NCBI GenBank assembly: GCA_946555465.1
Contig: CAMNST010000003.1
Coordinates: 64,226 to 128,225, forward strand
From: an uncultured Clostridia bacterium
GTDB taxonomy: Bacteria; Bacillota; Clostridia; Oscillospirales; Acutalibacteraceae
Length of the DNA stretch: 64,000 bases
Direction: 5' to 3'
The notes beneath the pieces were generated by a model, which saw only the letters and a list, made by a program, of their open reading frames with translations, did not search any database and had not been told where the DNA came from. This document shows, one piece after another, positions 56,201 through 64,000 of the stretch; positions within the stretch are counted from its first letter, which is position 1, and every line of letters starts with the position of its first letter. The position numbers and the translations under genes were made by a program.

Positions 56201-58502
56201 GAAGCATATTGCTGTATGCATTGCTTTCAATCTGAAGTGTGCAGGAGGATATATTTGTTTTTATAATGTTGAAGGTTTTGGTTGAACTGCCGCTGTATAT
56301 GCCGGCACCGTTTACCGTAAGATTAGCAGTGCCTACATTGATGTTATTGCTGTAGGAAAATTCATAGTCAAGACCTTCAGAAAGTGTTATGTTTCCGATG
56401 CCCGCTTTAAAGGTTTTAACGGTTGTTTTCGGTGTGATTTCATAACCTGTGTAATATTGGTCTGTAACGGGATCAATCGTTGCGGTACTTAAATCTTCTT
56501 TTGTTATCTGACTGTTGATCCATGTCTGACGTTCGTTCAGCCAGTTTGTCATACCATTTATATGGCTTTCTGTATCATAAGTGCTGTTGTTTATATCAAG
56601 ACGAACAGCGTTCATTGCTGCACTTTTTGAAACCGTTCTGATATATTCTTCGGCAGATTTCAATGTGCCTGTTTCATCAACTGCTTTTCCTGAAATAATA
56701 TCAACGGCAGGCGAAATATAAGCGTACCAATATTTTTCTGCATCACTCCAGAAATCCGTGCAGTTTGTTGCAAGTGCGCCATAGAAACTGAGAGGTGCTT
56801 GTTTGTCGGTTGAATAATTTGTTTCGTTGTCGTTTACTCTCCAGCGATAGATACGTGAATTTTTTGTATACCAGTCATCGCTTGATGTCCAACTGTGATT
56901 CCAACGTGTACCTGATTGGCCGTAACCGATTGAATTATCCATATCCCACATCGGACCGGCATACAGTTTTCCGTCAACAAGGTCAGAATCTTTGAAGAAG
57001 TAAGTTGATGATACAGATGAATCCATATTCTTGAAGAATTCCTGGGTCCAGTAATATCTTACTGCTGAATCTGCGTCAAGAATATCGCTCCATTTTTTGC
57101 CCTGATACTGTGTTGCAGGGGCAGGGTTCGTGATTTTGTGCTCGCCGTAAACTTTATCCTGTAAAATGCTGAGTCCGCTGCAATCGGTAGTTGTTGAAGT
57201 GCTGGGAACAATGCCTTTGTTATAAACAGATGAGCCTAAAGCGTAAAGCAAATCATAACTGTAATTTACCATTTGAGTTGAGACATAGTCGGTATTCTTA
57301 ATTACCCAACCCTGTCGGTTGTAAGCGCAGAAACCCGCATTTTCGGCAACCCATCTTTGGCTTATTTCAAGTTCATACAGATATCCTCCGGTGTAATCGG
57401 TGGGTTCTTTCAGAGAGGGGGAATACCTTTTGGCTGTAACGGTATGACCTGCTAAATTATATGTATTCGTACCGATTCTGTTCGGATTATAGGTTTCAAC
57501 TGTTGTTCCCGTTAAATCTTTGGGAAGAAGAATACCTGTTTCGGGATCAGTTGTTCCGTTTGCAATCTGAAGGTTGTCGTAAACATCGCTGATGTCAATT
57601 CGGTTTGATTTGATATCAACCTTTTCGGAAAGTTGGTATGAGCCCAAATACTGTTGGTTAACATATAAATCAACAGGTTTGCAGGTTGGCTGATATTTAA
57701 TTCCGATATATTTTGCAAAGTCATATGTAAGTTGGTTTTTAACAAGTGATGCGTCATTTGTATTGGCAAGCAGGCACCATTTTTTTGCCGAGCCCATGCC
57801 AAGAAGTGATGACGATATTGCAAGTTTAATGTTATAAGGATTTTTAATGTTTCCTGTATTCCAAGTACCATTTCCGCGTCCGCTCATTTTTTCCATAACG
57901 CCGCTGTAGTCAACTTTGCCGTTGGGCTGAACAACCATAATGGAACCGCTTTCAAAAACAGAGGTATCCGCACCGCCGAACTCGTTTTTTGCATTTGTTA
58001 TTTTTGAAAGAGAGCCTGATTCTGTATCAATATAAACGGTTCCGACCTCACCGCTTTTCATTACGGTAACAGAGTAATCTGCCGAATTGAGCGTTAGTGT
58101 TACCGCACGCTGAACACCGCCCTCGTTGATATCGGCAAAAATATCAGTGGGAACACCGCTTGTGATTGCGGTGCCGTCAATGGCAGCAGTGCCGTCAAAC
58201 CAGAAAGTCAGTGCAGAGCAATCTGCAGTTGACGGTAAAAACCAGTAATATTTTGAAGAACTGGTACTCCTTTTAAAAGGCTGAATGCCGCCGAGAGGCG
58301 CAAGTTTGTTGCCGTTTTTGAAATCTGTTATATCTGCTTGTGATAAAACATTTTCGGCATCTGCCCATATGCTTAAGTTTGAATTCTCAAGAGTAACCGG
58401 TGATTCGGCTGCATAAGAGGTGATTGGCGCTATTAAAAGAGAGGTAAGAAGTATTACCGAGACCAGTAATAACGATAAAGTTTTTTTCAGTGATTTTTTC
58501 AA
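53280..58502 (-). CDS. Giant secreted CotH kinase-family protein (1740 aa) with repeated beta-sandwich modules and a dockerin-like C-terminus
   Basis: Signal peptide. CotH core (GNGTWNTGNIKNPYNIKL, KKWCLLANTNDASLVKNQLTYDFAKYIG). Fn3-associated/CHB_HEX_C-like segment (ADVYYTINGSEP). Three paralogous ~180-aa modules (GPRAWKLQYSLDG / GPKSLTLQYSTDG / GPRDWGIAYSTDG). C-terminus FDVNNDGFINAKDYAII. TTG start after GGAGGTG. Confidence 0.85.
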   Translation of the reverse strand: MKKSLKKTLSLLLVSVILLTSLLIAPITSYAAESPVTLENSNLSIWADAENVLSQADITDFKNGNKLAPLGGIQPFKRSTSSSKYYWFLPSTADCSALTFWFDGTAAIDGTAITSGVPTDIFADINEGGVQRAVTLTLNSADYSVTVMKSGEVGTVYIDTESGSLSKITNAKNEFGGADTSVFESGSIMVVQPNGKVDYSGVMEKMSGRGNGTWNTGNIKNPYNIKLAISSSLLGMGSAKKWCLLANTNDASLVKNQLTYDFAKYIGIKYQPTCKPVDLYVNQQYLGSYQLSEKVDIKSNRIDISDVYDNLQIANGTTDPETGILLPKDLTGTTVETYNPNRIGTNTYNLAGHTVTAKRYSPSLKEPTDYTGGYLYELEISQRWVAENAGFCAYNRQGWVIKNTDYVSTQMVNYSYDLLYALGSSVYNKGIVPSTSTTTDCSGLSILQDKVYGEHKITNPAPATQYQGKKWSDILDADSAVRYYWTQEFFKNMDSSVSSTYFFKDSDLVDGKLYAGPMWDMDNSIGYGQSGTRWNHSWTSSDDWYTKNSRIYRWRVNDNETNYSTDKQAPLSFYGALATNCTDFWSDAEKYWYAYISPAVDIISGKAVDETGTLKSAEEYIRTVSKSAAMNAVRLDINNSTYDTESHINGMTNWLNERQTWINSQITKEDLSTATIDPVTDQYYTGYEITPKTTVKTFKAGIGNITLSEGLDYEFSYSNNINVGTANLTVNGAGIYSGSSTKTFNIIKTNISSCTLQIESNAYSNMLLTADIRLSDGRELPASHSYQWYRNGSAITGATEKTYTTTAEDVGATITVTATGDNVNLTGSITSNGCTVLAGSRPTGYTKTIAAWDYDYTADNTALATADPSGLEYYYTATSGENQSDANLYASVDAKNNAQIKWSSSSDLYVNSNTSVASDRSPVMGTSKNDLIAWGKYPYFETVVSTLGFEGIKFSANLGGTKKGPRAWKLQYSLDGAAYTDIGSSYTIINNKTMELAFDNIALPQECDNQSKVYIRMVVCENMAINGTSTIVNQLSGDASVNNIKVTGSSLKVVTELLAPVITPENGSPVFSDNNITITDSNGGADVYYTINGSEPILYTGEFNPFDAKTAKVGTDSVTISAYAKFEDIVSESVTAEFVFAGVNINSFSYDTYSTEVLNGAVDSNGGVYGESGKMTAYTDGKSQYVPLWNDKNGSFSIAPDDGAFWSENSGFTYKVSTAGYENINFSCMAYTTAQGPKSLTLQYSTDGITYYNVVSDVPLTANLMLEKLFVNIPLPAACSNQRELYIRLATTENMTFGGTELHNNASKGNLYVNNVIVAGEDNGEFKMPFTNKSTSYFGDNGFIKYKSADNLPIQYAVVDSQGSIVQNGICPATGIQLSTVKGFDPANQEPYRVLTWVEEDEESSAVNIQTYYYKGDTVVKFNYNDSTRPFSKFVSSDFLTVSNTSGENSGTLSMFPNAADKAILSYTGTYGVKVAYSDTNAFTATGKLDNPDGNGYWFIETSTLGFKNLTLTLEQLSSNNGPRDWGIAYSTDGRNYKYVDNSNTRAISNDASSKTIETYSNFNLPSECSNREKLYIKLFINGGESVDGDELRLVTKGNTGINSVDLSGTRIPNNVTVNTTVLETKTSTTGTYGYGGVDVYVDGVLKGTTDENGLLNLALVKNRSYTITFKGNEVVEKTITASVTGDETVNVPLLVFDVNNDGFINAKDYAIINKDEKYSPYKQFFENFINTNTTEFVYS

Positions 58503-58517
58503 TTTTGCACCTCCGTG

Positions 58518-60134
58518 TTATTTTGAAACGATTTTAAGTGTTGCCGAATTGCCTATGTATTTGTCGCCGTCAGGCGTAATTTCTTTTTCACCTATACCCT
58601 GAGGAGAAGATACTGTATAAGTGTTGTTTTTGGAGAGTTCCGGCGAAGAATAGAGGAATTTTCCGCATTTGTTGTTTGTGGTAACATCTATTCCGCTGCC
58701 GCTGATGTTGAACTGAATGTATTTTCTTGTTTCTTCTGCCGATTCTGATTTTGCAGAACGGATAAGGAAACTTACCTGGCTTGAAAGATTGTCTCTGTGA
58801 ATGGTAGAGAGGAAACATGTTTTGGTAACATTTTTGCCTTCACCCCATACGGTTCCGCCGTCAATCTTGAATACATGGGTGCTTTTTGTTACGCAGTCAT
58901 CTTCGTCGATATCCGCACCGTCGTTCCAGTCGTTCTGGTTGTTAAGGCGTCTTACCTTGAAAGAAGATTTCTGAAGCGCTATGGATGTAACTTCACCGCC
59001 TGTAATAACGATTGCGTCATCAGCATCAACGCCGTCGCAGGCACCTGAGTGGATATTGACCTCACCGCCGTAAACATATAAATCGTCACACCTGATTCCG
59101 TCGCCGTTTGATTTGATATTGAGTCTGCCGCTTTCAATATTGACTTTTCCGTAAGAGAAAATACCTCTTGAAGATGACATACTTGAAGTTGCCTGCCATG
59201 CTTCTGTTTCAAGATTAGCAGTAACATTTTTGAAAGTTACACTTTTTGTTGAGCAAAGGGCGTTGTTTTTATTTCTTGATGCTTTAAGGTTTAACTTTCC
59301 GTTACCTTTGATAGTGAGTTTTGACTCGTTGTAAATTACACCTGAAAAACTGTTTGCGCTTGTTTCAAAACTGCTTGTTGTTCCTGTCGGGAAAGAAAGT
59401 GAAACGTTTGGTGCGCTTTGCTGTTTTGAAAGAATTTTCATAGTCTGGCTGAGAACATTGTCCGCTGCTGTTCCGGATACGGTTTCTTCTTCAAAGAAAG
59501 TTCTGTCGGTAGTAATACTTGTGTCAAATATTTTAATAATACTCGGACTGTCGCCCTTGATGTTTACATTTTCAAATCTTACCGAAACTTCCTGTGTGTT
59601 GGGAACCTGAATAACAATCTGTCCGTGCCATACGTCGGTGGTTGATGTTATGGTGTAGTCACCCTGATTGTTTATGTAGCAGATTCCCTGGTTATCTTTG
59701 ATTGCAAACACAACATCTTTTGAACCGGTTTTTCCTCTGGCATTTTTCTCAAGAACAATTAATCCGCTGTCAAGACTTGCATCATAGTATTCATATTTGT
59801 TTGATGAAGAACCTGAATTTCCGCCGGAAGAGCCTTGGTTCTGAGGCGGCTGTTCACGCAGCGGCTGTTTTTGTGTGGTGGTTGTGTTGCTTTTTGCGGT
59901 TGTTTTTGCAGTTGTTGAAGTTTTTGCGGTTGTAGACGTTGAAGAGGGGTTTGTTGTTGAAACAACTTCGGTAACGGGTTTTCCGTTTTTATCGGTTACT
60001 GTTTCGCCGTTTTCATCGGTAACAACCACGGTTATCTCATCACTGTTTGCTTCTTTATCTTTGCTGCATGCCGCAAAACTGCAGGTTATCAGTGCCGAAC
60101 AAAGAAGAAGACATAGTATTTTTTTTGATTTCAT
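58518..60134 (-). CDS. Cthe_2159-like carbohydrate-binding beta-helix lipoprotein
   Basis: The internal ATG with a gggaga RBS gives MKSKKILCLLLCSALITCSFAAC (lipobox). There is a Thr/Ser-rich linker, then repeated beta-helix segments (GDGIRCDDLYVYGGEVNIHSG...DADDAIVITGGEV). Confidence 0.75.
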   Translation of the reverse strand: MKSKKILCLLLCSALITCSFAACSKDKEANSDEITVVVTDENGETVTDKNGKPVTEVVSTTNPSSTSTTAKTSTTAKTTAKSNTTTTQKQPLREQPPQNQGSSGGNSGSSSNKYEYYDASLDSGLIVLEKNARGKTGSKDVVFAIKDNQGICYINNQGDYTITSTTDVWHGQIVIQVPNTQEVSVRFENVNIKGDSPSIIKIFDTSITTDRTFFEEETVSGTAADNVLSQTMKILSKQQSAPNVSLSFPTGTTSSFETSANSFSGVIYNESKLTIKGNGKLNLKASRNKNNALCSTKSVTFKNVTANLETEAWQATSSMSSSRGIFSYGKVNIESGRLNIKSNGDGIRCDDLYVYGGEVNIHSGACDGVDADDAIVITGGEVTSIALQKSSFKVRRLNNQNDWNDGADIDEDDCVTKSTHVFKIDGGTVWGEGKNVTKTCFLSTIHRDNLSSQVSFLIRSAKSESAEETRKYIQFNISGSGIDVTTNNKCGKFLYSSPELSKNNTYTVSSPQGIGEKEITPDGDKYIGNSATLKIVSK

Positions 60135-60258
60135 TGAACATTTCTCCCTATATATGGACAAAACTTTAAAATAAATAACTAAATATGGAGATAAAAAATC
60201 TCTCAAAAAAACGCACTGAGGCAACAATAAAAACTGCTGCCTCACGGAAATATTCTTT

Positions 60259-60960
60259 TTATTGGAAATGAAAACTCTTTACAGCCGATTCGGGAGTAGA
60301 AAGCATAACTTTCAGATTTCCGTTCATTGCACGTACATCGTCAATCATTTCGCGCATCTGTTTTGAATCTTTCATACTGATGTCAAATGAAATTTCAAAT
60401 AAAGCACCAAAATCAACGCTCTTAACACGTGTCATCTTGTATCTTGTGCAATATTTGTTAAGACAATCGTCAAAAGCACCAACATAATTTAATGTTTCGG
60501 GAACTGTGATTTTAAGAATGTAATTTTCTGATTTCTTGCCTGCAAAATTTGCAAAATGGAGAATAAGAATAATTGCGCAGAGTATTACTGTGCCGAGAGC
60601 AGCCCAGATATAATATCCGAGACCGCAGGTAAGGCCCATTGTTACACTCATAAATACAAATGCTATATCTTTCGGATCTCCGGGTGCACTTCTGAAACGA
60701 ACAAGTGCAAATGCACCGGCAAGGCTGAATGCGGTGGCAACGTTATTGCCGATAACAAGAATTACCATGCCTACGATAGGGGCAAGAAGAATAAGTGCCG
60801 TGCAGAAAGCCTGGCTGTAACCTTCTTTTTTGTGAGTAAATAAATATACAAGGCTTATAACAATTCCTATAAGAATTGCCGAACCAAGGGTTAAGAGAAC
60901 ACCTTTGGCGTCAAGTGTGGCGCTGTCGCCTGATTGAAGTGCGTATAAAAAATCGTTCAT
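60259..60960 (-). CDS. DUF4956 domain membrane protein
   Basis: 233 aa. TM segments plus the characteristic LAGAFALVRFRSAPGDPKDIAFVF motif. Confidence 0.8.
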   Translation of the reverse strand: MNDFLYALQSGDSATLDAKGVLLTLGSAILIGIVISLVYLFTHKKEGYSQAFCTALILLAPIVGMVILVIGNNVATAFSLAGAFALVRFRSAPGDPKDIAFVFMSVTMGLTCGLGYYIWAALGTVILCAIILILHFANFAGKKSENYILKITVPETLNYVGAFDDCLNKYCTRYKMTRVKSVDFGALFEISFDISMKDSKQMREMIDDVRAMNGNLKVMLSTPESAVKSFHFQ

Positions 60961-60990
60961 ATGTAAATTCTCCTTAAAACTCTTAATTGT

Positions 60991-61773
60991 TTAACTGAAA
61001 CTGTCAAAACCGACTTCATTTCCATTTGCATCTGTCAGATGATAAATAAGCCGTTTTTCTTTAGCATCCTGTTTATACTTTACACCGTACTTTGAAAAAC
61101 CGTGACTGTAAAGTTCATTCTCGCTGAGCAGTCTTGTCAGCCAGAGCGGCATTGCACCCAGAATTTTTATTTCCATAATGTATTCGCCGCCGGGCAGTAA
61201 CAATTCATCATCTTCGCTTTCGCCGAAAACGAAATTTTTACGCCTTGTGCGCACATTTCTGTCAAATGTCATTCTGAAATTTTTATCTTCTTTGCCGAAT
61301 AAAGCAAGCCTGTCATACTGAACGTATAAAGCAGGATGAACTTTGTTTCGGCTGAAATAATATTTAAGTTCTTTTGCAACCTGTGCCGAAAGATAATCTT
61401 TTGTTTTCGGCATTATTCCTTCGTTTACAAAAGGCTCAATTTCTTTTATTTTAAGTTTAATTCTCCGCTTGTTGCCCTGACCTTCCGATTTCTTTTTTAT
61501 TTCCATAAAAACTTTGTCTTCAGGGTCTTTTCTGTCGTAATAAGAGCGTATGCGCATTTTTTCTTTATAGACAGGTTTGGAAGAATTCTGCCTTATAACA
61601 TCGTGGTTATCGGTGTCATAGTAAATGCTGTAAATTCTGTATTCATTTCCGTTAAGACAAAAAGGGTCAAGATCCATATGCTCAAGGAGCAAAGGAAGAA
61701 TTTTATCAAGTTTTTCCTTTGTTATCAGATACTTTTTTTCGTACCTTTTAAAGGTAGCAATAGCCAAATGCAC
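60991..61773 (-). CDS. VTC-domain (polyphosphate polymerase domain) protein
   Basis: 260 aa. FKRYEKKYLIT N-terminus and MEIKILGAMPLWLTRLL...SKYG C-terminus, typical of bacterial VTC domain proteins. The start may be the TTG 6 nt downstream (better RBS spacing). Confidence 0.8.
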   Translation of the reverse strand: MHLAIATFKRYEKKYLITKEKLDKILPLLLEHMDLDPFCLNGNEYRIYSIYYDTDNHDVIRQNSSKPVYKEKMRIRSYYDRKDPEDKVFMEIKKKSEGQGNKRRIKLKIKEIEPFVNEGIMPKTKDYLSAQVAKELKYYFSRNKVHPALYVQYDRLALFGKEDKNFRMTFDRNVRTRRKNFVFGESEDDELLLPGGEYIMEIKILGAMPLWLTRLLSENELYSHGFSKYGVKYKQDAKEKRLIYHLTDANGNEVGFDSFS

Positions 61774-61998
61774 ACCCCCTGTCTTTGTGTCATGTTAAAT
61801 TTGCGTAAAATGTCACCTAAATTATAAAATAATAATTTAGATAAGTCAATATAAATTATTAACATTTTAAGGCGTTTTTTGTCTATTATTGAAATTTTTT
61901 TATACAGGTGTACAAAAATCTGAAAACAATTAATTTATTGCATAAAGCAGACAGCAATGATATAATTGATTTGTATTATAAATATACAGGGGAAAATT

Positions 61999-62604
61999 AT
62001 GGCAAGGAAAGACGGAACTGACGATCTCAGAATAAAACGCACTCAAAAATCAATAAAAGAAGCCTTTTTTGATTTGTCTGAAAAAGTGGGCTTTGAGCAT
62101 ATTTCCGTAAAAGATATTACCGATTATGCCGGAATAAGCCGAAATACCTTTTATCTTCACTACAGTGATAAATATGATTTGCTCAACAGAATTTGTGATG
62201 AACTTATGAGGATTCTGTTTTTCAGAGTCGGCAAACAACTAAGAAGGGCGCAGAGAGGCGATTTTTCGGTTGAAAGGGTTGCCGCTGTAATTAAACTGGG
62301 TCTTTCGGCAGTTGAGGATAATAAAAGATATTACAAAATTCTTTTATCGGATTTTGGTGCGGACATACTTCTTGAAAAAATCAGTCAGATTATACGTCTG
62401 TGTCTTAATCTGGTGAAAAACGATATTGATATGCTCAGTGAATATTCGCTTGAGTATATTGTAGACGGAATGACGGGTGTTATCAGATACTGCGTTATGC
62501 ATAATGTTGAAAATACGGAAAACGAATGTCTTGCTTTTACAAAAATTCATCTCGGCAGTATTATTAATGCTGCAAATGAAAAAGAAAAGAGAGTAAACGA
62601 ATGA
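61999..62604 (+). CDS. TetR/AcrR family transcriptional regulator
   Basis: The internal ATG after agggga. HTH region RIKRTQKSIKEAFFDLSEKVGFEHISVKDITDYAGISRNTFYLHY. Confidence 0.85.
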   Translation: MARKDGTDDLRIKRTQKSIKEAFFDLSEKVGFEHISVKDITDYAGISRNTFYLHYSDKYDLLNRICDELMRILFFRVGKQLRRAQRGDFSVERVAAVIKLGLSAVEDNKRYYKILLSDFGADILLEKISQIIRLCLNLVKNDIDMLSEYSLEYIVDGMTGVIRYCVMHNVENTENECLAFTKIHLGSIINAANEKEKRVNE

Positions 62605-64000
62605 GCCGCTCAAAAAAGCAAAAGGGTAAACGCAGTTCAAAAAACCTTAAAGTTAATACAAGAATTATTCTTACAACGGTTCTGGCAGTAGTTATTCCGC
62701 TTATCATTATTGTGAGTTTTTCAACCGTGCTCATATATAAAATTCCTGCATATCTTAACATTTCAACGGTAACAACCAATACCTACAGCACTGTAAATCA
62801 ACTTCAGTGGGCGCAGACACTTTCAAGTATTACCGCCGAACTTTCGGGTGATAACAGTGACGAGCGAAAATTAAATAACATAGACAAGTTTGTTACACCG
62901 CTGGAAAATTTTAATTCGCTTATCTATATTCAGAAAGACGACGAAGTGTTTTATTCCACTGCAGGTGCGAAGAACGCTTTGGAAAAGGCCAATGCCCTTG
63001 TTCCGGTTGATGTGAATGAAAATCTTAACTATTTTGGCGAACGCGGTCTGGTAATTGTCAATCATGCCAAGTGCGGTGAAGAGAATTATCTGATTGTTAT
63101 TGTGAATGAGGATTATGCCGTAAATGATATGGAGCAGAAGATTAATGTTCAGGATTTTACAAAACTTCTTCTCAGCCGTACGGGCATAGTTGTTTTAATA
63201 ATCATTCTGCTTTTTGTTGTTGCGATAGTTGTTATTTCGTTTATAACCACAAAAACGATTGTGAACCCGATTACAAAAATATCAAGGGGCGCAGAAGAAA
63301 TTGCACGCGGCAATCTGGATTATGAAATAGAATATTCTTCTACAAACGAACTGGGGCAGATGGTTGACAGTTTCAATAATATGAGACTGCGCCTTAAGGA
63401 ATCTATCGAAAAGCAAAATAAAATAGAAGAAGAACGAAAGGTTCTTGTTGCAGGAATTGCCCATGATTTAAGAACTCCGCTCACTTCGGTAAAAGGCTAT
63501 GCCGAGGGGCTTCGTGACGGTATTGCAAATACTCCCGAAAAAAGAGAGCGTTATCTTAAAACAATCTGCGAGTCAATAAATGATACCGAGAAAACACTTG
63601 ATGATTTGCTTACGGTGTCAAAACTGGAACTCAACGGTTATGAACTTGATTTTGAAGAAGTCGGTGCAAAGGAATTTTTCCTTGACGGTTCCGAGGAAAT
63701 AAGGCTTGCGCTTGAAAGTGAAAACTTTGATTTTATCTGTGAATTCAACTGCGGTGACGATATTGTTGTCAGCCTTGATACCGACAGGTTTGTAAGGGTT
63801 ATATATAATATTATTTCAAACAGTATTAAATATGCCAGAGAAGATGTTAAAGGCGAGGTCAGAATGTTTCTTAATGAATATGAACATTCCATTATCCTTG
63901 AAATTTCCGATAACGGTATAGGTGTAGACAAAAAAAGTCTGCCAAAGATTTTTGATACAATGTATCGCGCTGATCCTGCACGAACAAAGGTTTCGGGCGG
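62601..64000 (+). CDS. Sensor histidine kinase (3' end beyond the window)
   Basis: Hand-translated open frame (no stop before 64000). Two TM segments, HAMP (ITKISRGAEEIARGNLDYEI), H-box VAGIAHDLRTPLTSVKGY, N-box IISNSIKY, and G1 ISDNGIGV. The ATG overlaps the TetR stop (ATGA). Confidence 0.85.
   Translation, partial: MSRSKKQKGKRSSKNLKVNTRIILTTVLAVVIPLIIIVSFSTVLIYKIPAYLNISTVTTNTYSTVNQLQWAQTLSSITAELSGDNSDERKLNNIDKFVTPLENFNSLIYIQKDDEVFYSTAGAKNALEKANALVPVDVNENLNYFGERGLVIVNHAKCGEENYLIVIVNEDYAVNDMEQKINVQDFTKLLLSRTGIVVLIIILLFVVAIVVISFITTKTIVNPITKISRGAEEIARGNLDYEIEYSSTNELGQMVDSFNNMRLRLKESIEKQNKIEEERKVLVAGIAHDLRTPLTSVKGYAEGLRDGIANTPEKRERYLKTICESINDTEKTLDDLLTVSKLELNGYELDFEEVGAKEFFLDGSEEIRLALESENFDFICEFNCGDDIVVSLDTDRFVRVIYNIISNSIKYAREDVKGEVRMFLNEYEHSIILEISDNGIGVDKKSLPKIFDTMYRADPARTKVSG

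Overview
This 64-kb chromosomal window comes from a low-GC anaerobic Firmicute. By inference it is a Clostridia / Oscillospiraceae (Ruminococcus-like) gut organism: it has [FeFe]-hydrogenase maturases HydF/HydG, ppdK, dockerin-like modules and T-box regulation. Most of the window is housekeeping: eda, prfA, a tsaC-coaE fusion, an M18 aminopeptidase, T-box-controlled trpB, glmU, ppdK, hydF/hydG, a purH-like gene, xth, rlmA, guaA and purA.

The features that stand out are:
1. An 8.66-kb integrative mobilizable element (26452-35116) sits in the 3' end of guaA. It is bounded by a 12-bp direct repeat and encodes a tyrosine integrase, Xis, an XRE regulator, MobC, a MOB relaxase and TnpV. Its cargo is a two-gene DUF4297(Cap4-like nuclease)-HerA ATPase anti-phage module.
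2. A five-gene operon encodes a VTC polyphosphate-polymerase domain protein, DUF4956, a Cthe_2159-like lipoprotein, a giant secreted CotH-kinase protein and a related secreted protein (52044-61773). No function is established for this recurring neighbourhood as far as I know.
3. A promoter, 29-codon leader ORF, antiterminator/terminator attenuator (40030-40238) precedes a cluster of a RimL-like double GNAT, an MccF-like S66 peptidase, a P-loop kinase and a GNAT. The cluster looks like a detoxification island.
4. A conserved tandem double-hairpin module occurs twice (56-101 and 17951-17995). Each copy is sandwiched between unusually long direct duplications of local sequence (51 bp and 80 bp).
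5. A GGGtGRT / NifU-like gene pair lies divergent from an orphan PqqD-like gene.
6. An ABC ATPase is frameshifted within an ABC-type membrane operon.

I saw no rRNA, tRNA or CRISPR array. All family assignments come from motif recognition by eye, with no searches run.
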